Shown here one piece after another: positions 19,510 to 28,517 of a DNA stretch of 58,497 bases. The notes beneath the pieces were generated by a model. That model was given only the letters and a program-made list of their open reading frames with translations, ran no database searches and was not told where the DNA came from. This DNA comes from Candidatus Dojkabacteria bacterium. GTDB lineage: Bacteria > Patescibacteriota > Dojkabacteria > J137. The position numbers and the translations under genes are program-made. The stretch lies in NCBI GenBank assembly GCA_025061805.1, contig JANWZV010000001.1, positions 1-58,497 of the forward strand. The letters are read 5' to 3'. The stretch's first letter is position 1, and every line of letters begins with the position of its first letter.

Positions 19510-20197
19510 TATATTTTTTCTTTACAATAAAGAAAAAAATGCAGAAAAGAACTTCGAGATTATAAAAAAATTTTTTGATTGGGTGAGAGTAATTGAAAAT
19601 GCAAAAAGCATTGCAAATGCACATATAATCGCTGCCAAATTGTCGAAAACAAGCTGGTTTTATACAATAGATGCAGATAATATATTTTTGGAAGAGGGTA
19701 AAGAAATCATTTTTAGATATGATCCGTATAAAAGAATAAAAAATATTAATCATTTTTCTGTTATTGTTTTTAATTCTTGTAATTTTACTAATAGATGTGT
19801 TTATGGTTGGGGGGCGGTTAAATTATGGAAAAAAAACCATGTCATTGATTTTTTTCCTAGAAAATACATTGATTTTACCACTTCCTTTTCCATGAAAAAA
19901 GAGGATTCGGTATTATCTATTCATCATTATAATTTTGATCCGTTTAATACATGGAAAAGTGTTTTTAGAGAATATTTCAAATTAAAATATTCTTATGAAA
20001 TAAAGAAAACAAGTGTATTAGAAGAAAGAATAGAAATGTGGAAAAATTGCAATGAAAAATTCGATTATAAAAAATTTTATGTTGATGCAATTGATTTTGT
20101 AGATGAAATTTTTTCATGTAAAAATTATGATCAATATAAGGAATTGTTAAATAATTTTGAAAAATTGAAAGAAATATTTTTATCGAGAACAACATAA
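19502..20197 (+). CDS. Phage glycosyltransferase-like protein, paralog 2
   Basis: DIFFLYN.E.NA..NF, AH..AA, IDAD, YGWGAVKLW, TWKSVFRE. Confidence 0.7.
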   Translation: MFDIFFLYNKEKNAEKNFEIIKKFFDWVRVIENAKSIANAHIIAAKLSKTSWFYTIDADNIFLEEGKEIIFRYDPYKRIKNINHFSVIVFNSCNFTNRCVYGWGAVKLWKKNHVIDFFPRKYIDFTTSFSMKKEDSVLSIHHYNFDPFNTWKSVFREYFKLKYSYEIKKTSVLEERIEMWKNCNEKFDYKKFYVDAIDFVDEIFSCKNYDQYKELLNNFEKLKEIFLSRTT

Positions 20198-20201
20198 AAT
20201 A

Positions 20202-20813
20202 ATGAACGAAAACGAACCAAAAGTATATGATAAGTTTAATATCAGAAAACTAGATAATGTGGATTTTTTTAATTATATAAAAAAACAAGATATAATAAAT
20301 GTTTCTATGTTATATTATTTTGTAATTAAACGATTTGATTATAAGTTCAGTGTGTTGGATATAGGATGTGGAAAATGCAGAGATTTGCAATTTTTTGAAT
20401 TTATGAATTGCGATGCATTGGGTATAGAAACAATAAAAAATAAAAATGAAAACTTGAGATTTTTCAATGTCGAATTACTTGATAAGCTCAATAACTTTGA
20501 AATTAATAAAAAATTTGATTTACTGTGGGCTAATACTACTTTCATTATTTTTAATTGTTATGAACTTATCGAAAATTTAAGAAAGTTTTCAAAATATCTG
20601 AAGAAACAAGGATATTTTTTTCTTAATTTTTATTTGGGAAATGGACCTAAAATAATAAAAAATAAATATTACTTGGATATCAATTTGGAATTAATGCGAA
20701 ATATATGTTCTATTGTTCCTGGTTTGTTCATTCTTGATTATTTGGAGTTCAGAGGAGAAGCTGACGAAAGGGATGATAACATTTGGGTGAATTTTTTATT
20801 AAGAAAATATTGA
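20202..20813 (+). CDS. Class I SAM-dependent methyltransferase
   Basis: VLDIGCGKCRD motif I, FDLLWA, LKKQGYFF. Confidence 0.8.
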   Translation: MNENEPKVYDKFNIRKLDNVDFFNYIKKQDIINVSMLYYFVIKRFDYKFSVLDIGCGKCRDLQFFEFMNCDALGIETIKNKNENLRFFNVELLDKLNNFEINKKFDLLWANTTFIIFNCYELIENLRKFSKYLKKQGYFFLNFYLGNGPKIIKNKYYLDINLELMRNICSIVPGLFILDYLEFRGEADERDDNIWVNFLLRKY

Positions 20814-20843
20814 CTAATATATAAAATATGATAAATAGGATAT

Positions 20844-20936
20844 TGGAAAGATGAAAGTTCGGAATGAATTTCATCTTTCCATGCTGCCCATCAGGGAGCT
20901 TCCTACTTTGCTTAAAAAAGAAAGGAGGAAAAAACA
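20844..20936 (+). promoter_or_regulatory. Structured 5' UTR of hsp20, ROSE-like RNA thermometer
   Basis: Hairpin GGAAAGATGAA/TTCATCTTTCC, hairpin GCTGCCC/GGGAGC, then CTTTGCTT able to pair with the AAGAAAGGAGG SD region with a bulged G (U(U/C)GCU hallmark). Confidence 0.6.
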
Positions 20937-21358
20937 TGTTAACAGAACTAAGAAACTTTAAAACCCCTTTGTTCATTGGTTTCGAAGATATACTAAATTT
21001 CATTGATAATTTAGAAAATCAAGTAAACAGTTATCCACCATATAATCTAGTAAAAACTGGTGATAATACTTGGGTGATAGAAGTTGCAGTGGCAGGATAT
21101 TCGGAAAAAGACATCAGCGTAGTTTATGAAAATGGTAAACTTCTAGTACAATCTGATGGCATAAATTCTAAAGAAGAGAACAGAGTATTCTTGCATAAGG
21201 GCATATCTAGTAAAAAATTTAAATTGTTTTGGAGACTTTCTGAATATGTCGAAGTTGAAGATTGCAAATTGCAAAATGGAATATTGACTATTCATCTGAA
21301 GAAAAATATTCCGGAACATTTGAAACCGAAAACAATAGAAATAAAGAGAATAAACTAA
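20937..21358 (+). CDS. hsp20: Small heat-shock protein Hsp20 (IbpA-like)
   Basis: FIGFE, SYPPYNLVK, IEVAVAGY, LHKGIS, L.NGILTI.L...IPE..KP..IEI; start at ATG 20937 after GGAGG. Confidence 0.93.
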
Positions 21359-21371
21359 ATTTATAGAAAAT

Positions 21372-21404
21372 AAAAGGGGAAGGGGGAATTGCCTTCCCCT
21401 TTTT
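21372..21404. terminator. Rho-independent (probably bidirectional) terminator
   Basis: AAAAGGGGAAGG...CCTTCCCCTTTTT between convergent genes. Confidence 0.85.
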
Positions 21405-21472
21405 GTTTTGAATATATGATTAATTAAACGATTTTGATAATTTTTTATTTATGTGAAACATTCAAATAATGT

Positions 21473-21829
21473 TTAGAAATTCATTTTTTCTGTCTTTATT
21501 TTATTTACTTCTGTTACCAGTTCGTTGATCTTATCTATTAATTTTTTTTCTTTTTTTTCTAAACTGTTTACTTTTTTCTGTAGATTCTTTATTTCTCTTG
21601 ATTGTTCTCTCAATCTTTTTTCTAAAAGAGATACATAACCGGAGTTCGCCAGGTACAAAAGCTCGCCATTGTGTTCAATTATATATTGATGCTTGCTAGA
21701 TAATTTTAATCCAGAAATTTGATTTAATGATCTTTTTTCGAAGTCGAACAATGGGTTTATAGGTTGTTTATTGTTTTGAGATACATTTTTTTGTGAAGAA
21801 GAATATATTGTTTTTAATATGTTGTTCAT
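21473..21829 (-). CDS. Hypothetical coiled-coil protein
   Basis: Heptad-rich C-terminal half. Confidence 0.6.
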   Translation of the reverse strand: MNNILKTIYSSSQKNVSQNNKQPINPLFDFEKRSLNQISGLKLSSKHQYIIEHNGELLYLANSGYVSLLEKRLREQSREIKNLQKKVNSLEKKEKKLIDKINELVTEVNKIKTEKMNF

Positions 21830-21989
21830 GTTTATTTCTTTTGATTTTCAATGAATAAATTTTTTGATGATGGTTCATAAAAGTTTTTTTTGCTATGAAT
21901 GTTCAAATACATACGATTTATCATTATCTTTCATATTTATGATCATTATGATCATTCTCAATTTGTTTTTGTGATTGTTTACAAAACGT

Positions 21990-22592
21990 CTATGATGATT
22001 TTTTCATGGAATTTATTGAAATATACTTCAGAACTTTTTCTTCGGATATTTTCAAATAATTTTCTAATGTAGAATCGTTGTTTATTTTTTCATCGCACAA
22101 TGATTTCAATTTTTCTATGTTTTCGGAATCATGTTCATCATTTAAAAATGATTCTTTTCTTGATATGAAAAACAATATTCCTCCATATTCTTTGATGAAT
22201 TTGCATTCGTTTTCGAATCTACAATCTGTTATTACAATATGTTGATTTTTATCATTTATGTTTTTTAGAATCTTTTTTTCTATAATATAGATCCAAATGT
22301 TTTCATCGAAATTTTTTCGGAATATATCAGTTCCTATTGTTTGTAGAGCTTTTCTCGGAGTAAAATCTTGTTTTAATTTAGAACTCCAGTATTCATCTTT
22401 TTGTTCTCTCCATATTCTTGATTTTGGTGTGTTTCCTTCCAATAAATTCATTTCCCATTCGAAAAGAATAGATGTTATTTTTTTCAAAGGTTCTGCAAAT
22501 GATAATTTAGTAAAATTATATTTTTTTTCTAGATAATTACCAAGAGTATCTTTGCCGGAATTTTTTTTACCAACTAAACCTAATAAAAACAT
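21990..22592 (-). CDS. Deoxynucleoside monophosphate kinase (T4 gp1-like)
   Basis: GLVGKKNSGKDT, SFAEPLK, TPRKALQTIGTD, ITDCRFENE, HDSE. Confidence 0.92.
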   Translation of the reverse strand: MFLLGLVGKKNSGKDTLGNYLEKKYNFTKLSFAEPLKKITSILFEWEMNLLEGNTPKSRIWREQKDEYWSSKLKQDFTPRKALQTIGTDIFRKNFDENIWIYIIEKKILKNINDKNQHIVITDCRFENECKFIKEYGGILFFISRKESFLNDEHDSENIEKLKSLCDEKINNDSTLENYLKISEEKVLKYISINSMKKSS

Positions 22593-22604
22593 ACTAAAAA
22601 TATT

Positions 22605-22853
22605 TTAGTTGATTGTAAATATTTTGTCAACTTTGATATATTCTGTTTTATTATTGCAATTATAAGAAACCAATATTTCTTTTATTACTGCGTTTATATT
22701 GTTTTTCCAAAAATTCAAAAATTTATGTATTCTATATAATTCAGGTAATTTATCTTCTGTTTGCCAAATAAATTCTTGGAGTATGTTGGTATATTGTGGG
22801 TTATAGTATATTACATTCAATGTGACTAAAATTTTATTCTTAATGATTATCAC
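22605..22853 (-). CDS. usg: Usg-like family protein
   Basis: T..V.YY.P....ILQEFIWQTED..PE...IHKFL.FW...I.A pattern matches the Usg family; GTG start. Confidence 0.75.
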   Translation of the reverse strand: MIIIKNKILVTLNVIYYNPQYTNILQEFIWQTEDKLPELYRIHKFLNFWKNNINAVIKEILVSYNCNNKTEYIKVDKIFTIN

Positions 22854-22931
22854 ATAAATATTTATTAATCTCTACTAAATTTTATATTTTATTTTGTTAA
22901 AATCTTATGATTAGAACTATAATAAAAGAAA

Positions 22932-24299
22932 ATGCAAACAACGGAATTAAGAGAAATTTCATCTTCTTATATAGAAAAAATATACAAGGATTATGCCATC
23001 TATGTCTGCGAATCGAGAGCTATACCTAAAGTTTCTGATGGTCTAAAAGATGCTCTAAGAAAAGCCCATTGGATATTGAAAGATAAAAATAATGAAATAA
23101 AGACGCTTTCTTTAGTTGGAGAAATGATTTCTTCTGGGTTATATTTACATGGTGATGCTCCCGCTTCTGAGGCTATTTCTATGGCCGCGTCGCCTTTCAA
23201 TAACAACGTTCCATTGATAGAAGGAATAGGTAATTTCGGTACAAAAGTGACACCCAAAGATTTTGGTGCTCCCAGATATACCTACGTCAAAAGAAGTTTT
23301 TATGCACAAAAAATATTATATAATGACTTGGATCTTGTTCCTTTGAAAGAAAATTACGATGGATCAACTAAAGAACCTATAACTTTTTTACCTATACTTC
23401 CTTTAGTGTTGTTGAATGGTGTTTCTGGTATAGCAGTTGGTTGGAGCACTGAAATCTTGCCAAGATCTTTAAGTCAATTGATTGATGTTACCATTGCAGT
23501 TTTAAATGGTAATTTAAATAATGTCGATCTAAGCCCAAGATTTACTTATTTGGATGTTGATATTAAAAAAATATCAGAAAATTCTTACGAAATAAACGGA
23601 AAAATAGAAAGAAAAGAAAATGATGTTCTTGTCATCAGAGAAATACCACCGTATTCTAGTATAGAAAAAGTAAAAAAGAATTTGGATTTTCTCTTGGATT
23701 CGGATTTTATAAAAGATTGGAATGATTATTCTAGCGAAGAAATAAATATAGAAATTAAATTCAAAAAAGGAGATTTGAATAATTTTGATGATGATTTTTT
23801 ATTGAAAAAACTGAAACTTTCCGAGAAAGTAACAGAACGAATTGTTGTAATAGATTTCGATGGAAAAAAAATAAAACAATATAATGATCCATTGAGTCTT
23901 GTCATTGATTTTGTGAACTGGAGATTGGGTTTTTATAAATTTAGATTCGAAAAATTATTACGAGAAAAAGAGAGAGAAATATTTTATAATTTTTGTTTAT
24001 TGCAGTGTTTTGAAAGAAATCTAATAAAAAATTTCATAAAGTTTCATAATAAAAAAGAAATAATGAATTACATGAAGGAAGAATTACAAGAATTCGATCC
24101 GGATGATGAAATTTTGGAAAAAATAGTGAATTTGCCTACATATTTTTGGTCGAAGGAAAAAAAAGAGGAGATAGATAAAAAGATAGAACAAATGTTAAAT
24201 GATATAAACAATTACAAACATATATTGTCCAGTGATGAGAATTTAAAAAAAGAATATATAAAAGAGGTTATGGAAATAAGGAAAATAATAAAAAAATGA
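22932..24299 (+). CDS. gp52: Type II DNA topoisomerase, GyrA/ParC-like subunit (T4 gp52)
   Basis: RAIP.V.DGLK...RK, YLHGD, GNFG, catalytic APRY, LLNG.SGIAVGWST. Confidence 0.93.
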   Translation: MQTTELREISSSYIEKIYKDYAIYVCESRAIPKVSDGLKDALRKAHWILKDKNNEIKTLSLVGEMISSGLYLHGDAPASEAISMAASPFNNNVPLIEGIGNFGTKVTPKDFGAPRYTYVKRSFYAQKILYNDLDLVPLKENYDGSTKEPITFLPILPLVLLNGVSGIAVGWSTEILPRSLSQLIDVTIAVLNGNLNNVDLSPRFTYLDVDIKKISENSYEINGKIERKENDVLVIREIPPYSSIEKVKKNLDFLLDSDFIKDWNDYSSEEINIEIKFKKGDLNNFDDDFLLKKLKLSEKVTERIVVIDFDGKKIKQYNDPLSLVIDFVNWRLGFYKFRFEKLLREKEREIFYNFCLLQCFERNLIKNFIKFHNKKEIMNYMKEELQEFDPDDEILEKIVNLPTYFWSKEKKEEIDKKIEQMLNDINNYKHILSSDENLKKEYIKEVMEIRKIIKK

Positions 24300-25645
24300 A
24301 GAAAAAAGCCCCAGATTCTTGGTGTCCTTTACCTTGGAATCATATAAGTATAAAAGGAAATGGTTCTTTTCGAATTTGTTGTCACTCGCATTCTTCGGAA
24401 ACAAGAGGAGTGATAGATAATGATAATATTTTTTATGCCAAAGACGCAGAATGGACTAAAGTTAGAAATTCGGAAAAATTAAAAAGTGTCAGGTTGAAAA
24501 TGTTAAAAGGAGAATGGCATGATGATTGCGTAAGGTGTAAAAGAGAGTTTGAATCAGGGATGTTCAGTAGAAATCTATATGAAAGATATGAGTTTCCTGA
24601 TTTGACCTATGAAAAATGTCTTCTTAAGACAAGAGAAGACGGATCTATAGACGAAGAAGATTTTCCTGTTCAATATTTGGATGTAAGATTCGGTAACTTA
24701 TGCAATCTAAGATGTGTCATGTGTAGTTCAACAGATTCTAATCAATGGTATGATGATTATGTTAAAATTTTCAAGTCGAGATATTTTACTGATACGGGAA
24801 TAAAGGTAAAATTGGAATATGATTCGAAAAAAGATAGATGGTTCGAGCCGAATGGAATATATGAATGGTTCAATGATGCTTATTTTTGGAAAGAATTGGA
24901 AGATAGATCACAAAAAATGAAAAAGATATATATTGCAGGGGGAGAACCTTTTTTGATCGATATTCACTATGATTTCTTGAAGTATTGTATAGAAAACGGT
25001 TTTTCGAAAAATATAAATTTAGAATATAATACAAATTTGACTAATATTCCTACAAAGGCTTTTGAACTTTGGGTAAAATTTAATAGAGTTTCTGTTGGTG
25101 TTTCCGTTGATGGTTTGAGAGAAGTGAATGATTACATAAGATATCCTTCTAATTTTTCTCAAATAGAGCGAAATCTTAGAAAATTGGATCAATTTTCCGA
25201 TAATTTCTTTATTTGGATAACAAAGTCCATATCTGTTTTCAACGTATATTTTATTCCAGAGTTTATCGAATGGCTTTATTCCAGTAATTTCAAGTTTACA
25301 GAGAATTCGAAAAAAAATTATGGAATATCGACACATCCAGTTACAAGACCTTATTATTATAATATCAATATATTGTCTGAAAATTTCAAAATAAAAATAA
25401 AAGAAAAATTTAAATCATTCAAAGAAAAGTGGAAAAATATGAAAGATAAAAGATATGATTATGCAAATAAAATTTTAGATATTTATGAAAAGTATATGTA
25501 CAAAATTAACTTCAATGAAAAGGATTTATATAATCATAGAAAGAAATTTGTTGAAATTTCGGATTTATTGGATCAAACCAGGAAGACCGAATGGAGAAGG
25601 ATTTTCCCTCTTTTAAAAGAGGAATTCGAAAATGAACAATATTGA
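24296..25645 (+). CDS. Radical SAM protein with N-terminal twitch/SPASM-like domain
   Basis: WCPLPW..CC..C..C, CxxxCxxC (CNLRCVMC), GGEP, YNTN, SVDG...YIRYP. Confidence 0.9.
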   Translation: MKKKAPDSWCPLPWNHISIKGNGSFRICCHSHSSETRGVIDNDNIFYAKDAEWTKVRNSEKLKSVRLKMLKGEWHDDCVRCKREFESGMFSRNLYERYEFPDLTYEKCLLKTREDGSIDEEDFPVQYLDVRFGNLCNLRCVMCSSTDSNQWYDDYVKIFKSRYFTDTGIKVKLEYDSKKDRWFEPNGIYEWFNDAYFWKELEDRSQKMKKIYIAGGEPFLIDIHYDFLKYCIENGFSKNINLEYNTNLTNIPTKAFELWVKFNRVSVGVSVDGLREVNDYIRYPSNFSQIERNLRKLDQFSDNFFIWITKSISVFNVYFIPEFIEWLYSSNFKFTENSKKNYGISTHPVTRPYYYNINILSENFKIKIKEKFKSFKEKWKNMKDKRYDYANKILDIYEKYMYKINFNEKDLYNHRKKFVEISDLLDQTRKTEWRRIFPLLKEEFENEQY

Positions 25646-26600
25646 AATAATCGAACAATATATGGATGTTTTTCAAATATCTTATGATGAACCAAACGCA
25701 GATGAAAATTTTTCTGTCATAAAAGATATTTTTCCGAAGGTAAAGCGAGTGAAAAACATAAAAGGATTTGATGAAAGTCATTCGTATGCGGCTCATATGT
25801 CAGATAAGGATTATATTTTGATTTTAGATGGAGATCTTAGGATAACACAAGATATTTTTGATGATTTTTCTGAATATATTTTTTTGAAAGGAAGACCGGA
25901 AAAAATTTTAAATGATAAAGGTGTAACAAGTTGGTGTTCTAAAAATATAGTAAATGGTCTTATTTATGGTAATGGTGGACCAAAAATATGGAAAACGGAA
26001 GTTTTGAAAAGGGTTAAAAGTCATTCTTCCGGAAAATTGGATTGGATAGGAGAAATAAGTTATCGACAAATGAATAATTGGTATGGTTATAGTGTTATCA
26101 ATGCGACGCCTTATCAAGCATGGCGTTCTGGATTCAGAGAATGTCTTAAATTTTGTTTTGATAACAATTCTTGTAAAAAGTTGAAAAATCCTAAAAAAGA
26201 AATGCAACATGAAAATTATATCAGAATGATTTTTTGGATGAATTTGGGCAGAGATGTATCAAATGGGATTTTTTCTATTCTCGGGGCAAGATCCGGTGCA
26301 TGGGAATTGTTGGTTGATCACGTTTCTCATGATATTATTCTGGATTATGATATTCTTAAGAATTACTATCGAGAAAGATATGAATTTTTAGAAAATAATC
26401 AAGAAGAATTAGAAAAATATGTTCATAGTTTAGGTGTTAAATTAAGAAAATATTTTGATTTTGACATTTATGAATTTAATTCTTTGGAATCGGAATGGAT
26501 AAAAAAATTCATTCATAATCACAAGAGATCTGACATTAGCCTAGAAAAAATACCGCTCGAAGAAACTTTGATAAAGGATAATTTTAAAAATAAAACTTGA
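25632..26600 (+). CDS. Phage glycosyltransferase-like protein, paralog 3
   Basis: DVFQISYDEPNADENF, KRVKNIKGFD.SH, LDGD, NGLIYGNGGPKIW, QAWRSGFRE. Confidence 0.7.
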   Translation: MNNIEIIEQYMDVFQISYDEPNADENFSVIKDIFPKVKRVKNIKGFDESHSYAAHMSDKDYILILDGDLRITQDIFDDFSEYIFLKGRPEKILNDKGVTSWCSKNIVNGLIYGNGGPKIWKTEVLKRVKSHSSGKLDWIGEISYRQMNNWYGYSVINATPYQAWRSGFRECLKFCFDNNSCKKLKNPKKEMQHENYIRMIFWMNLGRDVSNGIFSILGARSGAWELLVDHVSHDIILDYDILKNYYRERYEFLENNQEELEKYVHSLGVKLRKYFDFDIYEFNSLESEWIKKFIHNHKRSDISLEKIPLEETLIKDNFKNKT

Positions 26601-26646
26601 TTTTATTGAAATATGCTATATCATATATTACGAATTGAGGAAAAAC

Positions 26647-27468
26647 ATGAAAAATAGAAATTTTGGATTTTTTTCCGAAGCGATCATATCCAATGTCGAT
26701 AAAAATAGATTAAAAACGTTTATTATTAGCGAGTTATTGTATTATAACTCTATGATTGATATTTTTCAGAATAGAAATAGATTATTTCCTGAAATCATGG
26801 CTAAAACAAGCCAAAATATACTAAAAACTTTATATCATGTCATTTTAAAAGGAAAAACTTTATCAGAGTTCGAGTCTCTGAAAGATGAAAAAGAAGAAGT
26901 TGTTAAAATTCATAAAATTGTTTTAGATGATCAAAATTATAAAAAATGTTATAGAATGATTTTCGAAAAAGCTCTTAATCCGAATATTGTTATTTGCAAT
27001 GATACGAAAGCAAATATGGTCAAGGAGTTGTTTGCTTTTTTCGTAAATCAAGCGACAATTCTTAGTGACGAAAATGTTATTAAAAATAAAAACCCCGATA
27101 TCTCTTTATTTAAGATTCCTCCTTCAAATCTAAATTTGGTAGAACCAACACAAAAAAGGCATGTACAACTTTCAAAAAAAGTTGTTTCTTGGAAATATGA
27201 TCCTGAAAAAGATTTAACTTTGTTGAAAACTCCATACACTTGTCAAGATATCATATTAAATAATATTAATTTGAATGAAAAATCCAATGATTGGAATTTG
27301 ATGATAATTCATCAAGAGCCAGGAAAAATTCCTGTAGAAACAACACCGTGGGTCATAAATTTCATCAAAACAAACGAAGTCTATTATCTTATAAAATATT
27401 TGGATATGACTCATCCTTATTATGGTTCCGCTTTTGCGATTAATTTGCCGAAAGTCGCCAGAAAATAA
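26647..27468 (+). CDS. Hypothetical protein, possibly TnpB WED/REC-like without RuvC
   Basis: Clear ORF with GAGG RBS and TTGATT-16-TATCAT promoter; the functional resemblance is a by-eye pattern only. Confidence 0.6.
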   Translation: MKNRNFGFFSEAIISNVDKNRLKTFIISELLYYNSMIDIFQNRNRLFPEIMAKTSQNILKTLYHVILKGKTLSEFESLKDEKEEVVKIHKIVLDDQNYKKCYRMIFEKALNPNIVICNDTKANMVKELFAFFVNQATILSDENVIKNKNPDISLFKIPPSNLNLVEPTQKRHVQLSKKVVSWKYDPEKDLTLLKTPYTCQDIILNNINLNEKSNDWNLMIIHQEPGKIPVETTPWVINFIKTNEVYYLIKYLDMTHPYYGSAFAINLPKVARK

Positions 27469-27478
27469 GCAGGAGTTT

Positions 27479-28516
27479 ATGTTCAAAAGAGCGTTAGTCA
27501 ATACTGATATACATTTTGGTAAAAAAAATAACGAAAAAGTTTTTCTGAATGACTGCGATGAATATATAGATTGGTCAATAGAAATAGGAAAAAAAGAAAA
27601 TGTAGATTGTTATATACATCTCGGTGATTGGCACGATAATAGAAAGTCGATCAATATATATACTCTTTCTCGTTCTTTCGAGAACGTAAAAAAAATAGTC
27701 AATAATTTTCCTTTGGTTATTTTCATTTTAGGTAATCATGATTTGTCGTTGAAAGATGACAGGACTATAAATTCGTTAGAATTTTTTTCTCAATTCAACA
27801 ATTTACTATTAATAAAAGATATAAAGCAAATAAATGATTGTCTTTTTGTGCCATGGTTGGTCGGAGACGAGCATAAATTACTTAAAAGTTTCGATTTACC
27901 TTATGTATTCGGACATTTTGAAATATCCTCTTTTAAGTATAATTTGAACAAGGAAATGCCGGATGTAGGAAGATTGAACATGGATGGGTTCAATCCGAAA
28001 GTTAAATATGTTTTTTCTGGACATTTTCATATAAGACAAATAAAAGAAAATATATATGGAACAAAAATAGTTTATATAGGAAATTGTTTCCCACATGATT
28101 TTAATGACTGTAATGATAGGGAAAGAGGACTGATGATATTCGAGAGAGACAAAGAAATCAAGTTCTATGATTGGAAAAATTGTCCTCTTTACATGAACTA
28201 TAATGTAAATGATTTTTTTAAGGTTTTATCTCAATCGGATGAAAAAATAACAAGTAAAACTACTGTAAAAATAAATGTCAATAAAGATTATAATTTGGAT
28301 GATTTGTTCTTTATAAGAGAAAAACTCGTACAGCATGGCATATTAAGAGACATGATATTTAATTTTATTGATATTGAAGAAAATTCTTTTACAGAGACCA
28401 ATGAATCTTTGGAATTTTTCACTATAGATGAAATAGTATTGAAGGGGATAGAACTCATTGAATCTTCTATTATTGACAAGAATGTTCTTTTGGAGATATA
28501 CAAAAGCTTGAATTGA
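27479..28516 (+). CDS. gp47: Recombination endonuclease (T4 gp47 / SbcD / Mre11)
   Basis: TDIHFG, LGDW, GNHD, FGHFE, SGHFH metallophosphoesterase motifs; AGGAG RBS before ATG 27479. Confidence 0.93.
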   Translation: MFKRALVNTDIHFGKKNNEKVFLNDCDEYIDWSIEIGKKENVDCYIHLGDWHDNRKSINIYTLSRSFENVKKIVNNFPLVIFILGNHDLSLKDDRTINSLEFFSQFNNLLLIKDIKQINDCLFVPWLVGDEHKLLKSFDLPYVFGHFEISSFKYNLNKEMPDVGRLNMDGFNPKVKYVFSGHFHIRQIKENIYGTKIVYIGNCFPHDFNDCNDRERGLMIFERDKEIKFYDWKNCPLYMNYNVNDFFKVLSQSDEKITSKTTVKINVNKDYNLDDLFFIREKLVQHGILRDMIFNFIDIEENSFTETNESLEFFTIDEIVLKGIELIESSIIDKNVLLEIYKSLN

Positions 28517-28517
28517 G

